A DNA stretch of 64,000 bases from contig OX597814.1 of assembly GCA_951406725.2 (NCBI GenBank), positions 137,826,001 to 137,890,000 on the forward strand. The letters run 5' to 3'. The stretch's first letter is position 1; every line of letters begins with the position of its first letter. The position numbers and the translations under genes were made by a program. This DNA is from Octopus vulgaris (lineage: Eukaryota). Positions 1 to 14,740 of the stretch are shown in pieces. The notes under the pieces were generated by a model, which was not told the DNA's origin, did no database searches, and worked only from the letters and a program-made list of their open reading frames with translations.

Positions 1-1231
1 ATGAAGTATCAACTGCATGGTTTCAAATTCAGCTCCAATATGTGTCACCTGAGGCAAGGGGGTTCTCTTACAGCCTGGGCCAACCTGTGTGAATTTGGGC
101 GACAGAAACCAAAAGAAGCCTGTTTTATCATGTTCATCATCATTTTAATGTCCACTTCTCCATGCTTACAAAGCTCAGGTATAATTTATTGAAGCAGATT
201 ATCTATGGCTTGTATGCCCTTCCTGATGTCAACCTTCTCCCATTTCCAAGCCAGGTAATATAGCCTCATATTTTCACAGAATATTGGGGAAATGAATAAC
301 TGCTTCTATGACAGTGACACTCATTTACAACTATCACACTATGCCACACCACAAAGAGCCACACACACATGCATGCATGCACACACATACACATGCACTC
401 ACTCACTCACAATGGAGATCTTTCAGTTCCCATTACCAAATTCACTCACATGGCTTTGGCTGGGGCTATAGTAGAAGGCAGTAGAACCTAGTTAATAACT
501 GAACAGGATTCACTTACAGACCATTTCTGACAAATATATTCAGTTAATTAATTCTTCTCCAGGCCTTCTTTTAATGAAAAGTGGGGGTTCAGGGGGGTTT
601 CGCAGAGAAAATGAAAAGCGTCACTTTTCTCAATTAAAATGTTATATCAACAGTTGAAAAACTTACTCTTGTGTAACTGATACCCTTGACAAAGGCATGA
701 ATATCACAAAATCCAACTGTATCTGCATATTCTGATAGTTCTTATACTGTATCAAACACTAGTCAAACCATCACACGTTGCTTGTATCACAAGCCTGAGA
801 TATTCAGTGACATTCAATCGTCATAGAGAAGGACAAGATGACTTTTCTTTGGCACATGATGTGGAAACTATTTATTTTGATGAGGGCCTACTATATATGC
901 GTTTTCACAGATAATGCTTTAAAGAGGTGTATATAGCAATGGTAAAAAAAAAAAAGAAAAGAAAAAAGAACATGTCACCAACCTCTACTTACTGAAATGA
1001 ATGAAATACCAATGTGTGTAGGTAGCTGCAACAGTTTGCTGTCTCTTGAGAATGTAAGTAACTGTAATATGAAACTATCTCTCTGAAATTTAAGATAACA
1101 TTAAATATTTAAAACAGTTGAGTTATGACATAAAATTCAAGTCAGATAAATTATGAATTTGAATCAAACTGTTCTGATCCATACATGTAACTCCCAATAA
1201 ATTGGTTGAGTGTCCTTCTTTTGCTTGTCTA

Positions 1232-1296
<65 letters not shown>

Positions 1297-1411
1297 TTTG
1301 CCTGTACGGCTGATAATTCGCTTACCACTTGTGATGGTCTTTTAATAATACCATCACTATATATATATATATATATGTGTATATATATATTGTGTGTGTG
1401 TGTGTGTGTGT

Positions 1412-1703
1412 GGAGGCGCAATGGCCCAATGGTTAGGGTAGCGGACTCACGGTTTCGATTCCCAGGCCGGGCGTTGTGAGTGTTTATTGAGCGAAAACAC
1501 CTAAAGCTCTACGAGGCTCCGGCAGGGGGTGGTGGCGATCCCTACTGTACTCTTTCGCCACAACTTTCTCTCATTCTTTCTTCTGTTGGCCTGCTCGCAT
1601 AGCCCGCGGGGTGGTGTCATTTGAAGGCTAAAACAATGCGAAGCACATTGTGACCAGCGATGTGTAGCAACATCTGATAGCCTGGTCAGTCATGGTAATC
1701 ACG

Positions 1704-1707
<4 letters not shown>
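1412..1707 (+). mobile_element. tRNA-derived SINE, family A
   Basis: Head GGAGGCGCAATGGCCCAATGGTTAGGG (A-box-like) and GGTTTCGATTCCC (B-box-like); the same head recurs at 12181, 37930 and 63821; flanked by (TG)n/(TA)n. Confidence 0.85.
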
Positions 1708-1762
<55 letters not shown>

Positions 1763-1958
1763 GTATATATACTTTGGGTATGGTAGATGAGTTCAGTAAA
1801 AATTTAGATTCAGATGAATATGGTACTTAAGTTGAGGCACCAGAATTTAGTACGGTATTATCCATTTCAAAGTAAGGTGATTAAAATCAAAATAAGCTAC
1901 AAGGATATCCAGAGGTAATGCAGTACGATCGTTTCATGAAACTCCATTTAATTGAACA

Positions 1959-2676
<718 letters not shown>

Positions 2677-3277
2677 AGATATATATATATACACACACAC
2701 ACATATGCGGATACATACATATGTACATTTTGACCTGGTCTTCTGTTATACAACTAGTTATACAGAAATATGATCCTCTTTCACACATTATCATTTTAGT
2801 CATTACATGTTAGTTTTATTAGCTGACTTTTCTTATTTGTCACTGTCTGTCATTGTTTCTTTCTCTCTCTTCTACTCTGCTTTCTCTTTTTTCCACCTCT
2901 CTTTCTTTCTAGCTATCTATCTATCTTTAACCAGCTGTCTCTCTTTTTCTCAAATGTTTCATGTTCAATTTATTCAGATTATGAGTATTTTATCACTAAA
3001 CTGAAGCGTTGCCATGCTAATAATTAAGTCTGCTGTGCTGCCATGGTTACTTATCACTAAGGTATCAAAATTAAATGGGAAATAAACGAAGATAATGATT
3101 TCTCACCATGGGGAAAAGCTGCAAATGTGTAGAGATTAGTGAAAGCCTTCCGAGTATTGACCCCAGAGGGGTGAGAAATGCATTTAACATCAGTGGAATT
3201 TGAGCTCATTAAAACAGATTATTGCTAATAGTAATTACTTTTGACATGTGACTGATTCTTAAAAAATCTTTTTCTTA

Positions 3278-3508
3278 TTTCTTTACTGCCCACAAGGGGT
3301 TAAACATAGAGGGGACAAACAAGGACAGACATACGGATTAAGTCGATTACATGGACCCCAGTGCGTAACTGGTACTTAATTTATCGGCCCCCGATAGGAT
3401 GAAAGGCAAAGTTGACCTCAGCGGAGTTTGAACTCAGAACATAACGGCAGATGAAATACCGCTAAGCATTTCGCCTGTCACATTAATGTTTCAGTTAGCT
3501 CGCTGCCT
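3278..3508 (-). mobile_element. SINE family C
   Basis: Minus-strand copy of the TTCTGAGTTCAAATTCCGCCGAGGTCGACTTTGCCTTTCATCC...AAGTACCAGTTACGCACTGGGG repeat; many copies in the window (~4860, 8230, 9755, 20965, 31720-32510, 35430-36210, 37335, 49715, 60190-61050). Confidence 0.85.
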
Positions 3509-3847
3509 TTAAAAAAATCTTTTTCTGGCAAAAAGAGGATATTATTAATACCTTTTCTGTGGACTCTTGAAGAATGGTAGAAAAAGTTAATTCTGGAATG
3601 GTTTGAATTCAGAAACAGTACAGTGCCATTTTACACATTCAAAAGCGTCTAACTGCTTACTGAAAGAGAATCGACTAGCTTCTTACTTATTAATGCTACT
3701 GTTTGGCAAAAGCCTACATATTTAAAAATGAGGAGTATAGTCTCTTCAATCAATTCACAGCACCATGTTTGATGGCATAGAAGACACATGGACATATTAG
3801 TTATGCTATAATTTCAGCAGTGCATACTCAAGAAAGTATGTAATATA

Positions 3848-4407
3848 TACTCTTTTACTTGTTTCAGTCATTTGACTATGGCCATGCTGGAGCACCGCCT
3901 TTAGTTGAGTAGATCGACCCCAGGACTTATTCTTTGTAAGCCTAGTACTTATTCTATCGGTCTCTTTTGCTGAACCGCTAAGTTACAGGGACGTAAGCAT
4001 ACCAGAATTGGTTGTCAAGCAATGTTGGCGGGGGTGGTGACAAACACAGACACAAACATATAGACACACATATATAAATACATATATATATATATATATA
4101 TACATAATTATATTTACAATATATTTTGTATAATGCCTTTGCTGTTATGTAATGGTGTAATAAAGTATTGATTGGGTATCATCTGATGGTTGATGTTTGA
4201 TTGATTTAAGTATGTTTCTCCATTTTCTAATTTTGTATATATATATATATATATATATATACATACATGATGGGCTTCTTTCAGTTTCCGTCTACCAAAT
4301 CCACTCACAAGGGTTTGGTCGGCCCGAGGCTATAGGTTCCATGCAGTGGGACTGAACCCGGAACAATATGGTTGGTAAGCAAGCTACTTACCACACAGCC
4401 ACTCCTA
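3848..4407 (-). mobile_element. SINE family B with internal microsatellite
   Basis: Minus-strand copy of the family GGAGTGGCTGTGTGGTAAG...GGTTCAGTCCCAC...[(TA)/(TG)n]...GACTGAAACAAGTAAAAGAGTA. Confidence 0.85.
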
Positions 4408-5876
4408 TGCCCAATTTCGCATATAAGACCAGAATGATATTTTGAGACTCTTTTCAGCAATAAAGAGCCTTATATGCCTTCAAATATGGTATATAATATA
4501 TACCTATTTATGGGCTCTGGAGGAATGGAAAGCAAATCGACTTCAGTGGGAAAATGATATTGTTGTTTCAGTTCACATCCTTAAGTTGGAAGCACCATCT
4601 GGCCACATTTATTCACCTTTCTTAGAATGAGTTTTCCAAGTGGATTTTCTGACAACTAACAACAATTACATTGGATACATACGCAAGAAAAAAATTGTAA
4701 TAAAAAAAAAAAAAGAGAATAGATGCCCTGTGGCTAAATAATAGCGTTATGAATCTGTGTAGGCAATGCCATAGCTAGAGACAATAGGCAAACCGTAAAT
4801 ATCTCACTCTCTCATGAGCTAAGACTAAAAGCTGACTCAGCTATAATTACTCGTGCGTAACCACAGGATGTCGATCTTGCCCTTTATCCTTCTGGAGTCG
4901 ATAAAATAAGTACCAGTTATGCACTGGGGTTGATGTAATCGTAACTCCCACCCATGAACTTGCTGGCCTTGTACCGAAAACTGAAATCAAAATTGGGAAT
5001 AAATCTATACCCAAGTAATTCAATACTAGTCTTTCGTATGAAAACGAGATAATTCCCCATTAATTCCTTACTGGCTACGACTATTAATAAGCTCCAACGT
5101 CAACCATTTGATGCAACTGGAAAATATTAGCCATTAGTCCTGTAGTTTTTTAAGTGAAACAAGAGCAGCTTTTTTCAAGAAGCGGTTCTCATGAGACATG
5201 ACTCATCATAAGGCGAGCTGCACAACTAAAAAAATATAAACCAAAAAAAATCAAGCTAAGCTAATTTATTTTTGTTGGTGCGCTATTCAGAAAATTCAGC
5301 GGGCCTCAATTTGCTCGTGACCTAAAAAGCTGTGAGGAATATATATGATTTTATGTCATTTTAAAAAGACTGTGGTGTTACAATTTGTCATGGTTTCAGA
5401 CTAAACTGACTACATGTTCATATGCATAATATTGCTTACTCTGTGTGTATATTTATGTTTACGTGTTTAGAGTACTGTTATGTACCTTGTTCTTAAGTGT
5501 TTGTATGTATTTAATAATCTACTAATTAGCTGTGAGTATGTGTTCTCCTGACATTGCGTCAATAGCGATTAACTGGTATGGTACTTTCACTATTTCTCTC
5601 AGTACTAAACAAACAGGTCGTTTGGTTCAGTGACTCTCAGACAAATATTAACTCTCTCATTGAAAAAAGAAAACTGCAATTCCTTGTCTCCACCCCAACA
5701 ATAACACAAGTGAAAATTTCCTCCTCTCCTCTTCAATTAATGAGAAAACAAAATAGAGTTTAATTATTCTTTCTTCATTATGGAGTCAGACTAGTCTTAT
5801 TAAACGTGACAATTTGTCCGGTCATTTTTTTATCTTCTCAAGTACCGCTATGAGTACCCACCCACTTTGTTGGCGA

Positions 5877-6737
5877 AGTTTCGCATGTCGTAGCGCAGAT
5901 TTCCGTCGATTTCCGTAAAAAACTTTTATTTTTTTACATAAGTAATGAGAGCGAAAGAGACTAAGAGGAAGCGATTTTATGACGAGGTTTCACTTTGAAA
6001 TCGGCCTGTGTGTGTTTGATGGGGTGTGGGAGACAGACCGTATGTTGTGTAAGTGAAGTGCTTCTGTTAGTGTGTGCGAAGAGACAGAGAGAGTAATGTG
6101 TGAAAGAGAGAGATAACTGATTTTTACTCGGTGTATGTGTATATGTATGTATGCATGTATGTGTATATGTATGTATGCATGTATCTATGTATGTGTGTGT
6201 GTGTAAGTATGTGTGTGTGTATGTATGTATGTATGGCCGATTCATCGTAATTTTTTACTCGGTGTATGTGTATATGTATGTCTGCATGTATGTGTGTGTG
6301 TGTATGTATCTATGTATGTGTGTATGTGTATGTATGTATGTGTGTATGTATGTATGGTCGATTCAGTGTAATTTTTTACTCGGTGTGTGTGTGTATGTAT
6401 CTATGTGTGTGTGTGTGTAAGTATGTGTGTGTGTATGTATGTATGTATGTGTGTGTATGTATCTATGTATGTGTGTGTGTGTATGTATGTATGTATGTAC
6501 TCGGTGTATGTGTATATGTATGTCTGTCTCTACGCACACACTAACAGAAGCACTTCACTTACACAACATACTGTCTGTCTCCCACACCCCATCAAACACA
6601 CACAGGCCGACTTCAAAGTGAAACCTTCTCGTCGTAAAATCGCTTCCTCTTAGTCTCTTTCGCTCTCATTACTTATGTAAAAAAATAAAAGTTTTTTACG
6701 GAAATCGACGGAAATCTGTGCTACTACAACCGAAACT
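5877..6737. mobile_element. Foldback/MITE-like element with ~210-bp inverted arms around a (TATG/TG)n core
   Basis: 5877-6090 is the reverse complement of 6522-6737; the core carries a repeated TTTTTTACTCGGTGT motif between microsatellite blocks. Confidence 0.8.
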
Positions 6738-6928
6738 ATGCCTTATAGTTTAGTCTGTATATATACAAGGAGCAAAGATACTGAAGATTCAGTATATACC
6801 ACGTGGTAAAATTATGAGTTGAAAATAAGTGGAAAAAAATATAAAAAATAAATATTTCTCCCTCCCACCTTTTTTAAAAATATTTTTTCCACATATTTTC
6901 AACAATATATATATATATATATATATAA

Positions 6929-7450
6929 CCGTTCAGCGACGTGCAACCAAGAGAATACCCTCCATTAGGCATTTGCCATATTCTGAACGCCTGACTTCGC
7001 TGGGCATGGATACATTGAAAATCCGACGTCTGGCAGCTGACTTGGTAGACACCCATAAAATTATTAACCATCTTACTAACAATAACTCTTAGCACCTTTT
7101 CAAACTCCACCTGTCTAACACCCGTTGACATATTTACAAAGTCAGAAAACAGCACAGCTCCCATGAAATTCGGAGACATTTTTTTACGCTGTTTGCTGAA
7201 GCATGGAACAAACTGCTGGCACCAGTTGTTAGTTGTCGGAGCACTGCATCCTTCAAAACTTCCATACTTCCTGAGATTCGCCAACACTACACCTGATTTT
7301 CTCCCCTCCATACACACGCAAGCATGTAGCTGACTCATACACTGCTTACTACCCAGACATTTGTACATTACTACATATGCTTTATACGCACTTTTGACAA
7401 GTTGAGCATTGCTCAATGCACTTGAGTATTGTATACAATAATTTCATTAT
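6929..7450 (+). mobile_element. 5'-truncated CR1/L2-group LINE 3' fragment
   Basis: Translation VQRRATKRIPSIRHLPYSERLTSLGMDTLKIRRLAADL matches the typical CR1 ORF2 C-terminus; stops downstream; lies in (TA)n. Confidence 0.8.
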
Positions 7451-9551
7451 ATATATATATATAATACAAAACCACATTAAAATGCAAATCAAAACCGAAC
7501 ATTAGCGCAGACAGAAAGAGAAAAAGAAGAAAGCATACACTAAGTGCATCAGTTGGTCGAACAACAAGGTTTAACGAAACCCACTGAAGTAGGCCAACAC
7601 GCTCGCGGTATTACCTCGAGTAAAACATGCGAGTGTGTTAGAATACATATATGTACCTACGTATGTTGTCGAAGCAGCAGTGCTTCGGTATGTCAATCTA
7701 TTTAAATTACGTATGCATAAGCTTTTCGAAACTTAATTTATAAATATGCGCGCGCTAGTATGCTCGTAAATGTTCATGTGTCTAAGAATATAAACTCCTC
7801 TTATGTATATATATTGCTCTTTTATTAAAATATAATAACAATGAATGTTTGTGCAGTAATGCAATTGTATGTATAGTTTGGTGGCGAATAAGTGCTTCGT
7901 AAAGTCACTGTGATCGAGATCTAACTACGATCACAGACATTCCAGCAATGACCACACCGCCCTTCGTTTCATCCCCCACTCCGTATACTGGGAATGCAGA
8001 ACCACATAATCTAACGTGTCATTTTTTTTTTCATGAACAATTTGAAGGAGATTTGGCTGCTACTTTCAACAAGCTGAGCGACCACGTGGTCTTTCCCCGT
8101 TGGCTAAGGAGCCACCGAGAGTGATCCATATGGTAGTGGTCAGATTCCAATTTTGTTGTATTCCTAAGTTTTCATCGCTTTACATTATTTCATAGTAAAG
8201 TTTTCAAGAATATGGTAATATTTATAATATATTTCTTTACTACCCACAAGGGGCTAAACGCAGAGGGGACAAACAAGGACAGACAAAGGGATTAAGTCGA
8301 TTACATCGACCTCAGTGCGAAACTGGTACTTTATTTATCGACCCCGAAAGGATATTTGTACCACACACACATTCATTGAGCTTCTCATTTGCATCATGAT
8401 GAATCAGGTACCGGTAAAAAAGAAAAGAAAGAAAAACAAGCCTTTAAGCACCAGCTTATTTTATTTAATGGTTAACTCAGCTCTTCTGTCTGCAATGTAT
8501 ATACATTCACTCCTGCATTTTGATTCTATTTCTATATTCTCCCAACAATAGAACAATACGCATGATCATAATAATTAGTCTATCTTTTCTTAGGTACATT
8601 TACATGTCACTACTAGTGCGCGTACAGAAATAGGCCTGGTGTCAGCTCTGATTAATTAAGCGAATTTTCGGACCATGCGCGCGCACACATACATCCCGTT
8701 TTATTTTTACTTAGCATCCTGAATTCAAATTTCGCCGAACTCATTTTTGCCTTTCATCTCTTCGGGGCTGATGAAATGAATTATCAGTCAAATACCCGCT
8801 AAAAACTGCTGGCGTGGTGCTTAAATGAGAAAACTTGAATTCTAAAATTTATTCGAATTTCTGTTTTAAACATCGGAAATTTCGGATCATTCATCCATCC
8901 TAACCCGTAAATTTTTTATAGCCCTACATGATATAATCAGTTCTCTCTATAGTGTGATCTAAGGATCGGCTATTTCTAGCCGATCGCGCAACCGCTTAAA
9001 GTTCCTCATTGACTCGTTCCTGTCTATACACACGTCTGTGAATAGAATCTGAAGTACACGCGACATATACACTATTATACACACAAATGAGAAGCAGCTG
9101 TTCGCATCGACACTAGTCTATAATAAATAACATTTCAACATCTCTCCTTTGTGCTCACGTTAACTGAGCCAAGCCTTCGTAACTATGAAGTGAAGCAAAG
9201 TTACCAGAGCGTCGGAACAGAAATTTGTAGTACCGTATTTATTCCAGTTCTCTGCACTTTGAATTTAATTCCTACTGTTAACTTTGCCTTATGTTCTTTT
9301 AGAGTCTAAATAAAGTAAACAGTCAAGCAGAGGAACCGACCCCTCCTCCCACCAGCTTTTTTTCTGTCTTTGTTTCGCTTTCTGGAAGAAATCGGCGATG
9401 GACAGACCAGGAGAAGGACGGGCACCGTCAGGCAATTGCTCAAAGTACGCTGAATGTCATAACAGCAGTCTTGCTTAATACATCAATATTTTGCTCAGGA
9501 TAATTGCTTGTCCAAGGAGAGAAATCATCTTAATGAAAGCACAAAATACAC

Positions 9552-9635
<84 letters not shown>

Positions 9636-10614
9636 TTTAATAACAAAATCAACTGTCAGCTAAATTTAAACTTCAGTGGTCGAAAGTTTAAATATTATCA
9701 GAGAAAATGTACTCTGAATGACAGAAAACTATAAAAACATCTATCTATCTTGTTTCGTTATTGCACACAAGGAGCTAAACATAGAGGAGACAAACAAGGA
9801 CAGACAAAGGGATTAAGTCGATTACATCGACCCCAGTGCATAACTGGCACTTAATTTATCGACCCCGAAAGGATGAAAGGCGAAGCCAACCTTGGTGGAA
9901 TTTGAACTCAGAACATAACGGCAGACGAAATACCGCTTATCATTTCGCCCGGCGTGCTAACGTTTCTGCTAGCTTTGCCGATTATTGAAACACAGCTTAA
10001 TCGGAAATATTGAAAATTTAGCACTTAACATATTTTAAGCGGTAGCAGAAAAATTTTAAGTTTATTACTGACTAAACTTGAGTATTATTTACACAGAAAT
10101 CCAGCAGTGAGTTTAATATATCAATATATTTTAAAGCTGCATACACGTGTATTACATAATACCATGCGTATGAATATGTATATCTATATATGCTTGTATA
10201 CATGTATATATATATATGCAACTTGTGTAAGTATGATTATATATAAAAACACGCTTACCTGTGAGCACGCTGCTGCTACTCGGCTTTTACTATTACAAGT
10301 GATAATAACCTAAGAGTACAATGATCTTTATGCCACAATTTAGAGTGCATGGTTGTATGACGTGATAAATCAAGGGAGGTAACTTTACACTATTTCAGAA
10401 ACAAAACATTGGATTTAATTAAAACTAATAAAGACAGCATCTCGTATGAATTAACAATCCTTTAAACTGTCTGCTAACCTGTATTTGCGTATAAAAATCC
10501 TTGTATTATATTGCTCTGGTTAAGATCAATCTTTGTAATATAGTTTTTGCGTTCGATGATTTAATTTGGGTTAGAATAATAAAGACCTCGGTGCTGCCCT
10601 ATCTCTATTTCATT

Positions 10615-11010
10615 ACTCTTTTACTTGTTTCAGTCATTTGATTGTGACCATGCTGGAACACCGCCTTTAGTCGAGCAAATCGACACCAGGACTCATTCTT
10701 TGTAAGGCTAGTACTTATTCTATCGGTCTCTTTTGCCGAACCGCTAAGTTACGAGGACGTAAACACACCAGCATCGGTTATCAAGCGATGTTGGGGGGAC
10801 AAACACAGACACACAAACACACACACACATATATATATACATATATACGACGGGATTCTTTCAGTTTCCGTCTACCAAATCCACTCACAAGGCTTTGGTT
10901 GGCCCGAGGCTATAGTAGAAGACACTTGCCCAAGTTGCCACGCAGTGGGACTGAACTCGGAACCATGTGGTTGGTAAGCAAGCTACTTACCACACAGCCA
11001 CTCCAACGCC
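10615..11010 (-). mobile_element. SINE family B, full-length
   Basis: Complete head-to-tail match to the other family B copies; further diverged or partial copies at ~11040-11380 and ~11595-11830. Confidence 0.85.
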
Positions 11011-11189
11011 TATATAAATTATAAATCTTTTACTTTTTTTTTAGTCATAGGACTGGAGCACCGCTCTGGGGAATCGATCATGGTAGTTATTTAACTCTGG
11101 TGCTTATTCTATCGACTACATTTTCGAACCGCAACGTTACAGTGGCGTAAACAAATCAACACTGATTGTCAAGCAGTGACACACACTCA

Positions 11190-11225
<36 letters not shown>

Positions 11226-11834
11226 GACGAATTTCCACACAGTTTCCGTTTATCAAATTTATTCTCAGAACACTGGTCGGTGTGGGGTTTTTGTGGAAGA
11301 TACTTCCCCAATGTATCGCGCAGTGGAATTGAACATGAGACCATGTGATTGCAAAACGTGCCTCTTAACGACACAGCCAGCATGTCATAAAAAAACAAAG
11401 AAAAAATCTGTAGGAGTAGGCAATTTCTTATTTCTCGTTATTTTCTCCCTAGCTGTTTGAAAGCATTACATGGCAAGTATTGCATCAGCATTCTATACTG
11501 TTGCATCAGCTGTAGCAGTAAAAAACTGGCCAGCATAGTTGCTGTTGTTGAAGTTGAAAGAGTTTGAAAACATAGGTGGCTCTCATTCACGCTTATACTT
11601 GCTTCAGTCATTTGACTGCGGCCATGCTTTGAGCATCGCATTTAGTGGAACAAATCGACCTCGGGCCTTATTCTTTGTAAGCCTAGCACTTATTCTATCG
11701 GTTCCTTTTGCCGAACCGCTACGTTACGAGGACGTAAGCACACCAGAATCTGTTGTCAAGCGACGGTGGGGGGGCAAATACAGACACACAAACATATACA
11801 CACACACACACACACAGGGGCGGCTTTTAAACTA

Positions 11835-12390
<556 letters not shown>

Positions 12391-13741
12391 ACAAAAACAA
12401 ACAAACAAAATATATATATATATTTATATATAAATAGATGTGTGTATTTTTCCACGGAAAAAATATATAAATTGTTACCAGACTAGCAAAAAATCACACA
12501 AGTAAAAAGGTTGCAACTCCGTGTTTTTAAAGGTAGAAACGTCGGGTTTAAATGGAGTTAAACACCTAGCCCTATAGCATCATAATTTTGAAATATCTAT
12601 AAAACCGCCAAAAGCTTGTTTATTTTCATGTTATATATATATATATATATATATGAGGAAGTATAACTCCAAACTTACAGGGAAAAATTCAATTTAGTAT
12701 TAAATCAAATATGAAACTTAAAACATTAGGATTATTCACTACAACACATTTATTATGTTAAATATTTAATTTTTAAGGTAAAAAAAATGTGTGAAGATAT
12801 AATTTGGCTTAAAAAGACATAAACTATCGAATATCTTTAACTCAGTTATACTCCAATATTTAATTACCAAATTATTTAACAAAAATAATCACTATTAATA
12901 TATATATATATATATTGTTGCGGTTTGCTACCAGGTTTCTCTTATGTTATATATTATAGCGAATATTTTCTATTTAGTTTGTTTACTGTTAATGCAACGC
13001 TACTTATGTTTCCTATTTGGAAATAGATAAAATTATTTAGCTTTTAAAGTAGGAATATATAATGATAAAACCGCCACTTATAACTTACTTAAGTGTTATC
13101 ATTATACTTAAGTCCTAACTACAGCTATATAAACGCCATTGAGAAATATACTTTCTGGAACGGTAACGAACATTAGCGTGAATGCATGTTGAATATCATT
13201 TTGTGTTCTTTTAACCGCTATAAAAAATACAGTTTAATAATTACAGAAATACATAATATATATAGTTGAAGAACGTGAAGAAAAAGAAAACATTTTCTAC
13301 ATTAATTTTTATTATATACATATAGCATTTTTATATTATATACATTTTGAAGAAAAGTAAATTTTGTCGTAGAGAATTATGACTATATATCTTAACTATC
13401 TAATTTCTCATTCTAGCTATATTAAATCTCAACAATTCAAACAAGACTTGTTGGATTTTTCTTGGACATGGCATAAAAAAAATAACCAATGTCTCAAAGA
13501 AGTGAGTGTCGTGGAGTTTAGTCACATCCAACAAACACTGAATTTTTTCCCAAAATCCAGGGTTTTTATAACTGCTCAACTTGACTTTAAAGAATCAAAA
13601 TCACATACAAATATTCTTTAACTAATTCTTAGAATTCCTATATGAGCAGTTATTTAAACAATGGAAAATCGACAATCCTATTTCTTCAGCAATACGACAT
13701 TACATCATATTGCCTTCTACCACATTTAAAAATGGTTACAC

Positions 13742-14268
<527 letters not shown>

Positions 14269-14740
14269 GTTTATATGTAAATATTTATATATATATATTT
14301 ATCAGATAAGAAATTTTGTCTTTTCAACCTCGTTCATGTACTCCTGTTTCTGCGTAGATCATAAACCCCCACCCGTTCATTCTTTATTATCTATCTATTT
14401 CTTTACCATGTAAACATAGTTCCGATAGCTTCGTCTTCCTAGTTTGTCTGAAGGTCATGCATATACGTTAATCGTCACATTTTATTTTATTCAAGTTTAT
14501 CATTTCGATAATTCATTCTCTCTAAATTTGTCTAACCATAGTATACAAGTGCAGAAGATGCTCTCGTCTGAACTTGCTGGCTCGCGGTACGCCCGCCCTA
14601 CTACCCCCTCCACTTTTACCGGAAGTTCTTATTCTCTGTCATCCTTGGGTGTCTTCCGCGAACACTTCTAAAGGCCTAACGCCATCTCCACCCCTACCCA
14701 GGGTTTATCGATTATATAGCGCATAAAATTGGTGTAGTGT

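Noticed and set aside
1412-1470. tRNA-like sequences at SINE heads
   Set aside because: Only the A and B boxes are retained, no complete cloverleaf, and they continue into SINE bodies
6775-6815. CTGAAGA followed by a hairpin and the palindrome TACCACGTGGTA
   Set aside because: CTGAAGA lies inside the hairpin and no GAAA is present, so it is not a hammerhead as written
9360-9435. Pyrimidine tract followed by a purine-rich stretch resembling a small exon
   Set aside because: Weak acceptor, no convincing GT donor and no recognisable peptide
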